A DNA stretch of 64,000 nt from Schmidtea nova (taxonomy: Eukaryota): assembly GCA_044892505.1 (NCBI GenBank), contig CM097882.1:50406001-50470000 (forward strand), given 5' to 3'. A program made the position numbers and the translations under genes. The notes under the pieces are model-generated. The model was not told the DNA's origin and ran no database searches. It saw only the letters and a program-made list of their open reading frames with translations. This document shows positions 1-13,029 of the stretch, piece by piece; position 1 is the stretch's first letter; every line of letters begins with the position of its first letter.

Positions 1-2870
1 CCATTTGGCACTGAGTACACGTGTCACTTTTAGTTCTCGACACCATGTCTGCATTTTGGTGATTAACACAATTTCTGTATTCTACGACCATTTCTAAACT
101 GCTTAAATAATTTATCCAGGTTTGGAATTGTGAAGTAATTTGCTTCTTGGTTGTCATCATAAACGTGATCACCTTGTGGTCTGTTCTGAGTGTGAATCTC
201 CTTCTGTAGAGATAGTGCTTAATACAATACCCTTTCTCGTGACTCGTCATCGAGTGTGATCCATACGCAATAACTCTTTCCTTTCCATCTTTATCTCTTT
301 GTAAAAGTACTGCCCCAATGGTATCAAAACTGGCATCTGTATCTAAGATGAACTCCTTTCTCAAATCCGGAAAACATAGGATCGGTGCCGTCATAAGTTC
401 TTCCTTCAATCCCTCAAACACGCTATTCGTTCCACCCGTTCAGTCCAATTTTTTTGTTACTCGGGCCGCTACATAATTGTTCTAACATCCTGGCCTTCTT
501 TGCATACTCGCTGATGAATCTTCTGTAATAATTGCAAATGCCTAAAAAGCTTCGGAGTTTCTTTACGCAACTTTGCTTCCCAAAATATTGCATGGCCTCA
601 ATCTTAGAAGGATCTGTCTGTACTCCTTCTTTACTGATTATGTGTCCAAAGAATCTGATTTCTTTCTGTAATATTTGACACTTTTCTGGATTAATCTTAA
701 GTCCTGATTCTTCGATCGCCTTTAACATTTCCTGAACATTGCAATATGTTTTTCTTTACTGCTCGAATAAATCAAGATGTCGTCCAAATACACCATTGCC
801 CCTTTTATATTGCCAATTACCGTTGTCATCATTTCCTGGAACGTACCTGGTGCTGCTACAATTCCGAACGGCATTCTATTGAAACAGTATTGCCCGTTCT
901 TTGTTGAGAAGGCTGTTATCTCCTGTGATTCTTTGTCTAATTCAACTTGGTAATTTGCATTACCTAGTTCAATTGAGCTAAAAAAGACGGCTCCTCCTAA
1001 CAAATCCAACATTTCGTCTATGTTTGTCATTGGAAATGCCTGCCTCTCTGTTACCGAGTTTTGCCGCCTTAAATCCAAACATAATCTTATATCCTTCTTC
1101 TCTTTTCCATACGCATATTAACGGCTTATTCCATGGAGAGTTGAATTTCCGTATAATCACGTTTTCGTACAAATTTTGTATTGCTTCTTCAATCTTTGTT
1201 TCCAAATTTAATGGTTGACGATATGGTTTTCTTTTAATCGTTTCACCTCTTGTAACTATCTTATGATTTACCAAACGCGTGCGACCCACATCCCACTTAT
1301 CCGCCATGAACACGTTTCCACTGTTCGTTATTATTTCCTTTAGTTTGCTATCGTCATTAATCTTTAGATGTTCCAAGGCTCGTGTCAACCGTTCTCCGTT
1401 TTTTATTTGTCTGCCGAATTTTGCATCAATGTTACAAATATAGTTCTGGTCTTTTTCACTAGTTTCGATATTTTTCCTTTTCTACAGCTTATATCCAAAT
1501 GCTTCTTGTAATTCCACTCCTCCAATCAAATCTGGTGTCACTTTCTCCGCCACAATGAATATATTAAAGTTTCCCCATTCATCATTACTATTACGCTAGG
1601 TCTTCCTTGTAGCTTGTTATGAACAATTTCTATAGTCTGTCCCATTTCAATCGTTCCAATTCTTTCCACTTCCTCTTCAAACCTTTCTCTTTTTAGGAAC
1701 CTGTATATTTTCTCACTTACTCTTCCTACATGTTCCCACTTTTCTGCCCCTTGAGGATATCCCATCAATTCTTCTGTTAGTATATGGCTCCAACCAACTC
1801 CTCTACTGGTGGAGCCCAGTTGTTTGGGTACGACTTAGTAAATTTATATTCATTTGTCTCTAAACACGATTCTCTTTCCTCTTCTTCCTCGATTCCATTT
1901 ATCCGATTGTATCTGTTTCCTGTTGGTCCTTGTTTTCTATCGTTTTCCTGTAACCAAACTTTGTATAACATTCTTCGGATCTATCACCATTTCTGTTGCA
2001 TCTTTTACATCGTATTTCCTGACATAACCTTCTTATATGACCTTCTTTCCCACATCCAAAACATCTTGGCGTTTTTATCTAGACAATTTCTACTTATATG
2101 TCCGTTTCTGTGACACGTCCAACACTCTACCTTTCCTTTTATTGGACACTCTATTTTTGTATGGCCAATTTTGTGGTATAAACAACATTCTAGTCTTTCT
2201 CTTCTACTGCTTTTTTATCTTTGTTCTTTATGCTTGAACGGCCCTCATCTTTGTGACTCCTGATGGACCGCTCTAGTGTAACTTTTCATAACGTTTATCT
2301 GATTTCTTTGTTTCTCCACTTTATCGATAAGAATTAGTGTTTCCTTTATTTCTTCTGTGCTTTTTATCTTTCGTAGTATTACTTCTTTCTCAACTTCTTT
2401 ATTTCCGCACATACTATCAACATCTTTGCTGTTAATTTCTCTTTGGTTAATTCTTTATTCTCAAATAACCTGTTTACAAGGGTCTTCACCTTTTTAAAGT
2501 ACGTTTCGATCTCCTCGCCTTTTCGCTTATAATTAAATAAATTTTCCAAATCATTTATTACATTTATTTCGTAATCAAATGCCATTCGTAACCTGTCTTG
2601 AAATGCTTCTGCTTTTGCATATGTTTCCAATAGATCCTCGTCAATCAAGCATGTTTTTAATCTTTCTTGCTCTTTCTTATGCGTGATGTCCTTAGCATCG
2701 AAATATAATTCGCATCTTTTGATTAACTTCTCCAAGTCATCACCTTGGCAAAACACCTTTGGTCTTTCGGTGATTGCGTCCGTATTTACCGCTGCCATCA
2801 TATTAGGATTTTTATCCTTTGAAAATTGGCAATTAATTGAGTCTCGAAATAAGTCCATAAAATTTATTTC
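1..2870 (-). mobile_element. Degenerate Ty3/gypsy LTR retrotransposon (gag, protease region, RT, RNase H; continues past the window edge)
   Basis: gag-like ORF 2858-2379; RT motifs RKPYRQP, FNRMPFG, YLDDILIYS, LRSFLGICNYYRRFI; RNase H FILDTDAS...VIAYGS; NADMVSR. Multiple frameshifts and stops. Confidence 0.92.
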
Positions 2871-3078
2871 AACACAATAATTAAAAAAACTTAACTGGTT
2901 TTAATTTGTTATGATATTCAAACAAATTTATCATCTTCATTTTTTATTAAAATTTTTCAATTTGAAATATTTTTCAATTTTAACTTTCAAAATTTAAAAT
3001 CTTTTCCAAATTTTTAATTTCACATTTTCAATATTTTGTAACCAATAACTTCAAAAATTTTTAGAATTTTCCAGCTTC

Positions 3079-3148
3079 CATCATCATCATCATCATCATA
3101 ATAATAATAATAATAATAATAATAATTATTATTATTATTATTATTTTA
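3079..3148. repeat. Compound trinucleotide microsatellite (CAT)n(AAT)n(ATT)n
   Basis: Directly visible. Confidence 0.95.
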
Positions 3149-4039
3149 ATTTAATTTTAAACATTTTACTCATTAATATTCATTAAATAAATCCTTTTGA
3201 TTTTATAATTTATTTTTTTAGAAAATCCCCATAAAATTTGGAAAATTAATTCAACAATATTATTGTAAAATTTTATTTTTGAGACTTTTATTAATATGAT
3301 AAATGATTTATGGAATATTTTACCTTTATTTATTTCAATAAAGTTTTTTTTTGCTTTCATTTATAAATTGTACTATGTATTGTGCTGGTGATGTAGTCAG
3401 ATTTTTGGATCTAGTTATAAAGTAACTGAGTTCAATTTCAATGAAATCGAGTTTATTACATGCTTCTAATAAGAGTCAAATAAGCTCAAAAGGCATAATA
3501 AATTGTTTTTGCAAAAATTCAAAAATAAAGCACATAAATAAAATAATAGAAATTAAGAATAAGAATAAATTAATAATCAATACTCTGCAGAGGAAAAAGT
3601 AATAGCAAATAAAAAGTTAAAGACGAATATAATAATAGAAACTTGATGAGTAATTTTATGACAAAAAACAGAAGCTAAGTAATTCTTCCAAATAAATTTT
3701 GTTTAATCCCGAGTGTAACAGGTACAGTGGCGGTCGGTCAAATTGAGTATCAATTGTATAATTCGAGTCTCAAGTTCGATAACTGTTTTTGTTCAATAAT
3801 TACAGTTCTCGGGATAGACTGGCGGGAGCATTCGTAATTGATTTAGTCGATTGTTAGATGACATACAAAATGCTATAAAAGAAGAGGTAATAATATGACC
3901 AGCTCTAGGAAACTAAATTAGAGCTCACGAGAAAAATCGAGTTAGGAAATAGACCCAAAACTTGATATTGAAACAATAAATGAGAAGTTTACTAAAGAAG
4001 AGTAATTAGCTCTTCCCAGAGCGTCATTGGTAGCTCATC

Positions 4040-4530
4040 TTTGGTAAAATTTTTGTGTTGGCAGAGTATTTAAGGTTGTTCACAATCGATTTTTCTTGCA
4101 CAATGCTCGATGCTTTTTAAAACTATTTTATTTCCGGTAACCATTCAAACAATTTTCACGCCATTTGCAATAGAGCTTCTCACTGCAATTCTTATTTTCC
4201 TCACAATTCATCAATTTATTTATGTTGTTTACTGCTGTGTAATGATATCTTTTATCTTCTTCAATCAATTATAACTAAATCGGTTTTACTTCAGTGAATT
4301 TTGCTCTGTTATTAATATCCAAATTTGGGTACTTCATTACAATGTCATCTCCTTCATATTCAATAATTTAATATCTTTATAAGTCATCACATTGAGTGTC
4401 AAATCAGGATTTTGACATTCGAATTGTGGGATAATAGGAATGTCGTTAAAAACATATATCCGGAGCTGTGAGAATAGAGCCAATCGTAGTTGGGGGTATA
4501 ATTCGTCCATTTTGCTCATTAGAATCTCCA
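4040..4530 (-). pseudogene. Polinton/Maverick protein-primed DNA polymerase B, N-terminal remnant
   Basis: IPQFECQNPDLTLNV, then (frameshifted) LIEEDKRYHYTAVNNINKLM...CKWRENCLNGY...KKHRALC. This resembles the DIPKFE.QN..INV / NLLLI..HY..I.N..RL / C..CL..F....H...C segments of Polinton PolB. Confidence 0.55.
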
Positions 4531-5228
4531 ACTATAATGCTAAAAAAATAAAATAAATAATAATGAAACTAGGATAAAAAATAAATTTACCATAATTATA
4601 CACTAATTCCATTTTAAAAAATATCGGTAAAATAACTTTGAAAATACATGGATATATATATATATATATATATATAATTTGAACCAATAAGCGTTCGATC
4701 AATCAGTGATTTCAATAACAAGTTGATTAAGAAATGATTGGTAGTTGAGATTTTTAAGACCTAACACAACAACTTTACCACTAGAAAATAAATTTACATA
4801 CAAATGATTATATTACACAAGCCTTAATGGAGGAAACAATTCTGGTTCAAACATACATTTGGTTTTAAGTGATAACTTGTATAGGTTTCTATTGCATTTC
4901 ATGTTAATTGTTTTTGTAATCGATTGAATTTGAATATCTTATATATCATGTTTCTCGCATCCTATTAATCAGCATTTCCCCGATATAAAAAATATAATCG
5001 TATATTTTTACCACTTCTGTCTATAATTTGCTGGGGTTTTCTGATAAGAAATATTGTTTTACTATTTATATTTGGCAACATATTTATAGAATATATAATA
5101 AAGTTTAACTATATATACATGTTTTAATGAAGTTCAATTAATTTATTAATATAAACAATACCAATATATTTTAAATTTGAATATGTAATTACGAAATGAT
5201 GCCGTATATCAAATTTTAGGCTCTAGTG

Positions 5229-6178
5229 CAGTGGTTCTTAAAGCGTGTTCCGTGGAACACTGGTGTTCCGGCGATCACTTTCAAGTGTTCCGCGAAAAAA
5301 TCAAATGTACAATTCAATTAAAAATTGTTCGCAAATAAAAATCAATTCAATATAAATTGTATACGTACCATTCGGCTTTGTATAAATACAAATCGGGTTA
5401 AAATTATTTCTTGGAAACATAAAATATTATTGCAGTTATCAAAATTCAACTTATTAGATTCTACAATTAAAATTTAATGTCATTTCTCGCAAACGCCCGA
5501 CATCTGCCCGGCTGCGAATTGTAAGACAATCATAGTAGAATCGGCTTTATACGAAGATCTCTACACATATAATTTAAATAAATCTTTTACAATATATTCG
5601 TGTGTTAATGTGATTCATATGCAGTTCAAATTTTAATTCTCTCAATTTGAAATTTTTTAATTAAATAAATTTAGATAAGTTTTGCACCATATTATTTATT
5701 GATTTATTTTGCAATTTTTCTAAAATTTATATTATAGTAATGGATAAGTACGTCATAAAGAAACCTCGTCTTGATTGCGATAATGATAATGCTACTGATA
5801 GCACTAGTAGAATCGAAGAGAATGAAGAAAACAGAAAAATTATTAAATCAACTCGAAATGTCAAACGTTTGTATGATGAAGAATACTTGAAATTTGGATT
5901 TACCTGGACTGGAAATACAGATTCTCCAACTCCTCTCTGCTTTGTATGCGGAAAGAAACTTGCCAATACCGCGATGGCACCCGCTAAATTGAAACAACAT
6001 TTTACAACTGAACATAAAAATCTTTTAACAAAAAACAAAGAATATTTAAAGGGCTTTTAGAAATGCAAGGCAAACAAAGAAAACAATTTGAAAAAACAAT
6101 AAAAATAAGTGATAAAGTTCAATTTGCCTCAGATAAAATGGCTGAGTTAGTAGCATTAAAATTAAAGCCACACACCAA
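5229..6178 (+). mobile_element. hAT (Buster/ZBED5-like) 5' end with BED-finger N-terminus, truncated
   Basis: TIR CAGTGGTTCTTAAAG preceded by ctcTAgtg (nnnTAnnn target); ORF 5740-6060 with YLKFGF...PLCFVCGKKLAN.AM.PAKLKQHF..EH. Confidence 0.88.
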
Positions 6179-7036
6179 TAGCGTAGTGCCACAGGAGCCC
6201 GGCGGAGCCCGGGCTCCTCCAAATTTTCCTCATATGAGGGTTTAAAAATATAAATTTATGAAATCATTAACTTGCTTATAAAAGAAGACTGTTTTCATCT
6301 TTCATATATCCTGCGTTTATGCAATGTTGTCTCCAAGGCCTTGCAAAAAACATCAACAAATATCTCTGTAGTCACTCAGCAAGTGGAATCATTGATAATG
6401 GAATTGCAGGAGCTAAGAAGTAACTCTCACTTCGATGAATACTGGATGAAAGCAGAGAAACTGGCTGACACAATTGACCAAGAGTTTTCTGAACCAATAC
6501 GAAGGAAAGTGTCCCGTCGCCTTGATGAAAATTGGAGAAATGAAGTGGTTATGTCCGGAAAGAATAAACTGAAATATAACTTCTTCTTCTCAACGTTAGA
6601 CGTTATATTCAACGATCTCCGGAACAGGTTCAGTACTGAGATACTACATATGCTAAAAACCATTGATTGTCTTATAAAACCGGAATTGATGAAACTCTTA
6701 TCACTCCGCACTCTGAGCAGTTTTTATAACGGTGACGTTAACGAAAATGACCTAATATCAGAATACCGATTATTTTTTCGTACTTCATTGAGGTCTTCTT
6801 CCGGAAATGAACATTCATGTCTTCATTATGTTTACTTGCAAATGCTAGAAGATGGCAGTCATGCGATTTTTTCAAATTTATCCCTCCTGTATCGCCTATT
6901 GCTCACATTACCTGTCACTTCGGCAGCCTGTGAACGCTCTTTTTTAGCTCTGAAATTTATTAAAAGCAGACTAAGAACGGTAATGACACAGGAAAGGTTA
7001 CAAGACATGATGATAATCGCTGTGGAGAGTGAACAG
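6179..7036 (+). mobile_element. Second hAT element (Tip/ZMYM1-like), internally deleted: GC-rich left end plus C-terminal dimerisation domain
   Basis: Abrupt GC-rich terminus containing the palindrome GGAGCCCGGGCTCC; ORF 6272 onward with LLTLPVTSAACERSFLALKFIKSRLRTVMTQERL. Confidence 0.82.
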
Positions 7037-8264
7037 GAAAGGAGAAGAACATTGCAATGCAGATGCATTGTCAAGAAGTGAATGTATGAAATGCGTTCAA
7101 TGCCAAACCATTCATATTAATCCAAAGACAGGAAAACTCAAAACGAAGCTTTTGGCAATAATGACAGAAAATCCAGAACAAGAATGGCAAAGGAATTCAA
7201 AAGAAATTACAGAAATTATAAACAACATAAAACAAAAGGGCAATAAATTCTTAATGAAAAGTGGAGTAATATTGACAGAAAACAATAAAATATGGATTCC
7301 GGATGATAAAAGAATTGAATTCATTAAAAAGTATCATAAGAAACTGTGTCATGCTGGACCAATGAAAATTGAGAAATATGTGTCAAATAATTTTTCAATG
7401 AGACACATGAAACGAATGATCCAAGACGTAGTTCAAAGTTGTGAAAATTGTCAAAAGAGGAAAGCTGCAACTACACGGACTAAAGAGAAAATTTGTAAAT
7501 TGCCAGAACCAGGTTTATTTGAAACAATATTTATAGATTTTTGTGGTCCACTGAAACAAAGTCAGTATGGAATGAGATATATCTTAGGAATTATCGATAG
7601 TTTTAGTAAATATGTGATATTACATGCAGTAAAATCACAAGACGAAAAAACCGTTACAACAATTTTAAGAAATAATTGGATTTTAAAATATGGAGCACCG
7701 AGATTCATACATTGTGACAAAGGTAAAGCATTTGAGAGCAAAGTTATGGATAAGTTAATGAAGGAGCATAACATTAAAATTATATTTTCAAGCCCTTACC
7801 ATCATTCGGTGAATGGCTTAATCGAAAGACAATTCAGAACAATTAGAGATGCCATTCATATCACTTTAAAAGATCAGGATCACAAGAACTGGGTGGAGTT
7901 ATTACCAGAAATTGAGTTTATGTTGAATTCCACATTCCAGAAAACAATTATACAAACTCCATGTGAAAGAGTGTTTGGAAAAAGTATATATATATATATA
8001 TATAAAGAATGGTCTACAAATATGTCAATTGAGAATACAAGTTTTGACGAAATAACAGAAAGAAAATTAAAAATAGGTGACATAGTGCTAGTAAAAAGAA
8101 ATGATAACAAAAAAGACGATGATAGATACTTTGGACCTGCAAAAGTGATAAAACAAATTCACGAGAGGAGCTATGAAGTAGAACTTGCTAATGGGAAAAG
8201 GTTTATACGAAATATAGAGTGGCTAAAGCCTTTTAAAAAGGAGGATGTGAGAATAATTAAATAA
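7036..8264 (+). CDS. Ty3/gypsy RNase H tail plus integrase, uninterrupted reading frame of about 400 aa (5'-truncated pol)
   Basis: RKGEEHCNADALSR; HHCC finger (HKKLCH...CENC); IFIDFCGP, IHCDKG, NGLIERQF (DDE); C-terminal RYFGP..V module. Confidence 0.93.
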
Positions 8265-8430
8265 AACAGTATTTAATTTTCAGTTTTTAATGGATATAAT
8301 AAAATAAGATAATAAAATTATAAATTAGCATAGTAAATTAAATATAAATATTGAAGTTATTAATTGAATTGATTGTAAATTTCATATTTAAGAATGATTG
8401 AAAATTAAAATATAAAATGTATATTGAATG
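8235..8430 (+). repeat. Polypurine tract (AAAAAGGAGGA) and start of the 3' LTR (TGTGAG at 8246); right end not defined
   Basis: PPT immediately followed by TG at the integrase end. Confidence 0.6.
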
Positions 8431-8449
8431 CTTGTGTATGAATATTCCC

Positions 8450-9960
8450 TATTCAATGATTAACTCTGCTTGCAAAAATATCCTCAAAGATTAAAAATGA
8501 AATTGCTTTAATAATAGCAGAAATTTTGTGTTGTTTTTAAATATATCTTGAGAAATATTGGATGTTCTTAATTTGCGAAACCAAACAAATAAAAATTGTA
8601 TTCCATAGTGTATCGACGAATTACGAGTTAGAACTGATATAGTCAACAAATAAAGGGCAATGGTTTATAAAAAAAGTTGAAATTATTTGCTATGATGTAT
8701 GTAAAAACTCGTAAATAACAAAGTTGAAATTATTTCTTATGTATAATGTATGCAAAAACTCGTATAAATCAAAGAAAAGCAACCAAAGTTTGATAAAAAA
8801 TTTAAATAACCAAAATTGTCTAAAATTAAAAAATTCTCAAAAAGGAAAAGAAAGAGAGATACCAAAAACCAGTTACACCACATCGAATAAACTTGTGACG
8901 ACAAATTTTCCAGCAAAAAAAATCAATTTCTAATAATAAGAAATCAAACGAAAATCGGTGAAATATGATAAAACTAATCATCGTAGTTTCGCATTTTTCA
9001 CAGCATTATTAAAGGCTCCGTGCATGAAAAGAATGACTTTTTTACAATCTTTTCCCAATTTTGTCATTGATGATTTACTTGATAATTTATTGAAAGTTGT
9101 CAAAGGCAAGAATAAGATTACTAAATATAAAATTTCTTGTATTGAAAAAGCCATTGTTGTCACTCGTAAATTCTAAATATCGAAAAAAAATGCGTAAAAT
9201 CATAAAAAATCAATATTAGGATTTTCATCCTTTAAAACATTAGAATTAGTTTTACAACAATTTGAATCCATAACTTTTATTTCAGAAAAATATAATTATA
9301 AAAAATATGTTTTCTTAATAATTTGTTATTTAAACAAATTTTCACAAAATATTTTTCTAATTAAAAATATTTTTCTATTTTAAAAATCAATCTTAAAATT
9401 AATTTTTAAAATTTTTCATTAAAAATTTTTCATTAAAAATTTCTTAAATCTTCCAAATTCCTCATAATCAGCAAGGTGGCTTCATTGCTGCATTGTTGCC
9501 ACTGGCTTTATCATCATTAAGTAAAGCAGGATTGCTTAAAATATCCTCATAAAAAATGGATAAGTCATCGTCCAATCTTAATTTAAGTTTTAAATCATTT
9601 TGCTGTAATGGAGAAGATTTGGACACATCTAAAAGAACCAGATGGTTTCGGTGGAGTCGAAATTAAAACATGACACTCAAAAGTGGTTATCCGCACTACT
9701 GACCGATGTTGAAACGCTTTCCCACAAGAGTATACAAAACATTTGGTATTGATGATTTATGGAAAATGGATTTAATGGAAACGATTCCATATTCGAAAGT
9801 TAACAAATATCTCTAGTATATATTAACATGTATTGATGCTTTGAGTCCTTATGCTTGCGCTATTCCAATCAAGACAAAATTTGATGATGATATATTCAAA
9901 GCTTAACAAAATATGATTGCAAATGGAAATCCGACTAATTTACAAACAGATTTAGTTATG
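8450..9960 (+). mobile_element. Polinton/Maverick remnant: packaging ATPase C-terminus, small basic ORF, retroviral-like integrase
   Basis: NSRNFVLF...DELRVRTDI (ATPase tail); LLKAP..KR...LKKPLLSL...RKIIKNQ; QQGGFIAALLP; GIDDLWKMDL..IPYSKVN..YILTCIDA.S.YA.AIPIKTK...NLQTD (integrase). Many stops. Confidence 0.8.
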
Positions 9961-10380
9961 ACAATAATATCAAAAATAACTGTAATGTTCATATTTTGTG
10001 TGGATTATTTCCCCTTGTAATCTGTATCCCCCCGTCTTTTGTTTTTTAAAAGTATATTATATGGTTATATTATCAATTTAAATTTGAAATTTGAAATTAG
10101 TTTACTATAGCAAATTTGTATAGTAAGTCTAATGACAAATAAAATTTAAAAAATCGATTGGAAATAAAAAAATTTAAAACTATGGAAAATAAGAAACAAA
10201 TATAACATAGAATCAAAGCCAACAAGAACAGTTAAAGAGTAAAACCCTTAAAGATTAAAATTAAAAGTTGGAAACAAGCCAGAAATGAAAACTAAGAATT
10301 AAAATTTTATTATCAAGGAAATAAGTCGAAAGAAATAGAAGATAAGAAAAATCCAAGAAAGTTTAAAAGGCCATACAAGC

Positions 10381-10610
10381 CTAAAAATAACTATCCCAAC
10401 TACCAAGAAAGTCCTAAAAATAACTATCCCAACTACATAAAAAGTCCTAAAAATAACTATCCTAACTACCCAGAAAGTCCAAAAATAACTATCCCAATTA
10501 CCCAGAAAGTCCTAAAAATAACTATCCCAACTACCCAGAAAGTCCTAAAAATAACTATCCCAACTACTAAAAAAGTCCTAAAAATAACTATCCTAACTAC
10601 CCAGAAAGTT
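10381..10610 (+). repeat. Tandem minisatellite, 7 x 33 bp (consensus CTAAAAATAACTATCCCAACTACCCAGAAAGTC)
   Basis: Seven adjacent units, one of them 32 bp; no spacers. Confidence 0.95.
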
Positions 10611-11020
10611 GCGATAATTCCAGAAGACAAGCGAATTTCAGAGTTAAAATAATTTACATTTTTAACATTTCGTTATCGTAATAATAAAAATTGTTTTTAA
10701 TAGTTCGTGTTAAATTATTTGTTCTATATTGTAAAATCTATTTACTTATATACTCGCATCCATACACCTACAAACAAAACCAGCACCCCAATTGTCCCCA
10801 CAATATGTTCTAGGAGACTCTTGGGCCATCCAATAATTTCCATTTACACAGTAATTTACACATTAAACATTACTAACCAATAATAACTATACATAATAAT
10901 AGCATTTGACAATATTTACTGTAGTAAAAATGATTAATAACGAACGAGTTTCACAATTTAAAAATTTTATTTCATAACATCAACTGTCTATTAAAACAAA
11001 ATTGACTTATATTTAAGCAC

Positions 11021-12380
11021 ATCTCCCCGTGATGTCGTCATCAATATCGCTCATTATTTCATAGTACTGCCATACGCTTGATCGTTCTATGGTTCTGCTC
11101 GATTATCCCATTTCCAGCAGGTCGATATGCACATCTGAACATGCATCTAACCCCCCCCCCTTCTTGCACAGCGAATCCATCGCTCCAGATCAAAAGGATG
11201 TAGCGTTATCTACGAGTATTTCTACTGGTGAACCTTTTTCCCTAAATATCTGCTCTAAATTTCGAATTATGACTCTAACTTCCTCTCTAACTATCTCCCT
11301 CCAAATTGCAAACCGACTTGGTCTACAATCGATAATTGTTAAATACCTTTTATCCTTATAGTGAGTCACGTCGATCGCGATCCTCTTCCAATTTACTTTG
11401 ACATTAAGCTTCACGTGCTTCCATGTAACCGCTGCTGGATCAATAGATCTGCATTCTATACATTTGCTTATGACATCTTGCACGTCCTTCTTAATAATAT
11501 TTGGGAATTTTCTCTAGGCAAGATGCAACGTTCTTTCGACGCCTAAATAATGAGTATTATGAGACTTTACTAAGTCATCGATTCTTGTAATTATTACAGA
11601 AGTTACAGCCTTTACTAAGTACAACCACGTCTTAGGTACTCTCGTTAATATATCCGCTTTATTCCTCTCTGTAGGATCCAACTCTATCGAAAGAGCTAAA
11701 TTGAAACCATCTTGCAACTCCTTGATTATCTGTAATCTCCGCTGAATTAACAGCTCTGATATTCCGTGGTACGTGCTCTTTCTTGATTGGACAATATAGA
11801 GGTAACCCAACTTTTCACAGTGGCTGAATTTGTTTTTATTAAGATACCTTTCAGGCCCCAAACTAGACTTACATTTATGCCTTTAATGACGGCATCTAAC
11901 TCGGCTACATTAATATGACATACATCAATCTTCTTCCTCAACCAGGACGCTTTTTCAACTACATGACCTCAAATTTCCAAACAAACACCCAAGGCCAAAC
12001 TACTTGCGTCACATCATACTACTCCGTTAAGTTGTTCTGACACATGCCATTCTCCACGCACCGGGTCGTCTTTGGAAACACGAGCAATAGTGTCAGTTAA
12101 CATCTTTTGCGCAATATGCCCAATTTTTTCATCCTATTTTTCTCCACTACTGTGACGTTTTATGAAACTGCACGCAACTTGCAACCAATTTGCTACTGGA
12201 TAGTGACCAAGCAATTGACCACAAATTGAAAATAATTGACGTCTCGACACTTCCTGCCCACTCTTCAAGACAGGAAGCTCATTATCTCTTGTCCAAATCC
12301 GATCCATGTTACGCATTGTTATTTGCAATCCTAAAACTCTTGCATCATCGGACTCCTGATTTTGGTCATAAAATTGCCTG
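11021..12380 (-). mobile_element. Gypsy-like LTR retrotransposon 3' half (RT tail, RNase H, deleted integrase, PPT)
   Basis: RRQLFSICGQLLGHYPVANW; CDASSLALG...HINVAELDAV...NKADILTR; H..LGVERT, C..C, IAIDVTHY, ILVDNATSF, GNGIIEQNHRTIK; PPT GGGGAGA then TG at 11021. Confidence 0.85.
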
Positions 12381-13029
12381 AAACAGAAAAAACATGTTCA
12401 CTGGCGGTTGAAGAAAGTTGAATTGTAATAACACATTATACAATTTTTCTAAACTGTAAGTTTGGTGACAATTTGCCTCAACAGTAGGTAGATGTGTGGA
12501 GTCAAACCCAAAGATAGGCGTGGGTGGAAAAATGTAAACAAAGATCATGAGTCACCGACCCCCTTCCGGGGTAGGGGCAATTATTTTGCGTGGGCGAGGG
12601 GGGGCAATTTTTCTTTTTTATCTTTTTACCTTTTTTCGAAAAATTTTCTGTTTTTAAAAAAATTTTTTTATTTACTTTTTTTGAAATGTTTTTAAAAATT
12701 TTTATGACTCATCGTAAAAAAAGCAAATTTTTTTTTGAACTTTCTCAATTTTGATTATTTCGAAATTTTTTTAGGTTTTTCGGAGTCATCGATGAGAAAT
12801 CGATTGGTCAAATAAAAATTTTTTAAAAAACAGGAAATTTTTTGAAAATAAAAGATTAATTTTATAAATTACAATATATTCCGTTAAATAATGTGTGTAT
12901 CCATTGTTTTTTGTATGTTAATTGATTGATTAAATTAATCAAATTTAATTTAATTCTACTTTTATTCCTACCTCTGTTATTTTCCCGATATTTCAATTTT
13001 TAATAAATTATTTTCTTTAATCTGATGTC

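Noticed and set aside
1784-2237. Plus-strand hydrophobic ORFs
   Set aside because: Antisense shadows of the purine-rich gag region.
4540-4590. Apparent 51-nt GT-AG intron on the minus strand, suggesting a spliced gene
   Set aside because: Splicing it out joins the only open upstream frame to an immediate stop; the region is better explained as decayed Polinton PolB sequence.
10381-10610. 33-bp repeats as a CRISPR array
   Set aside because: Units are directly adjacent with no unique spacers, there are no cas genes, and the context is eukaryotic.
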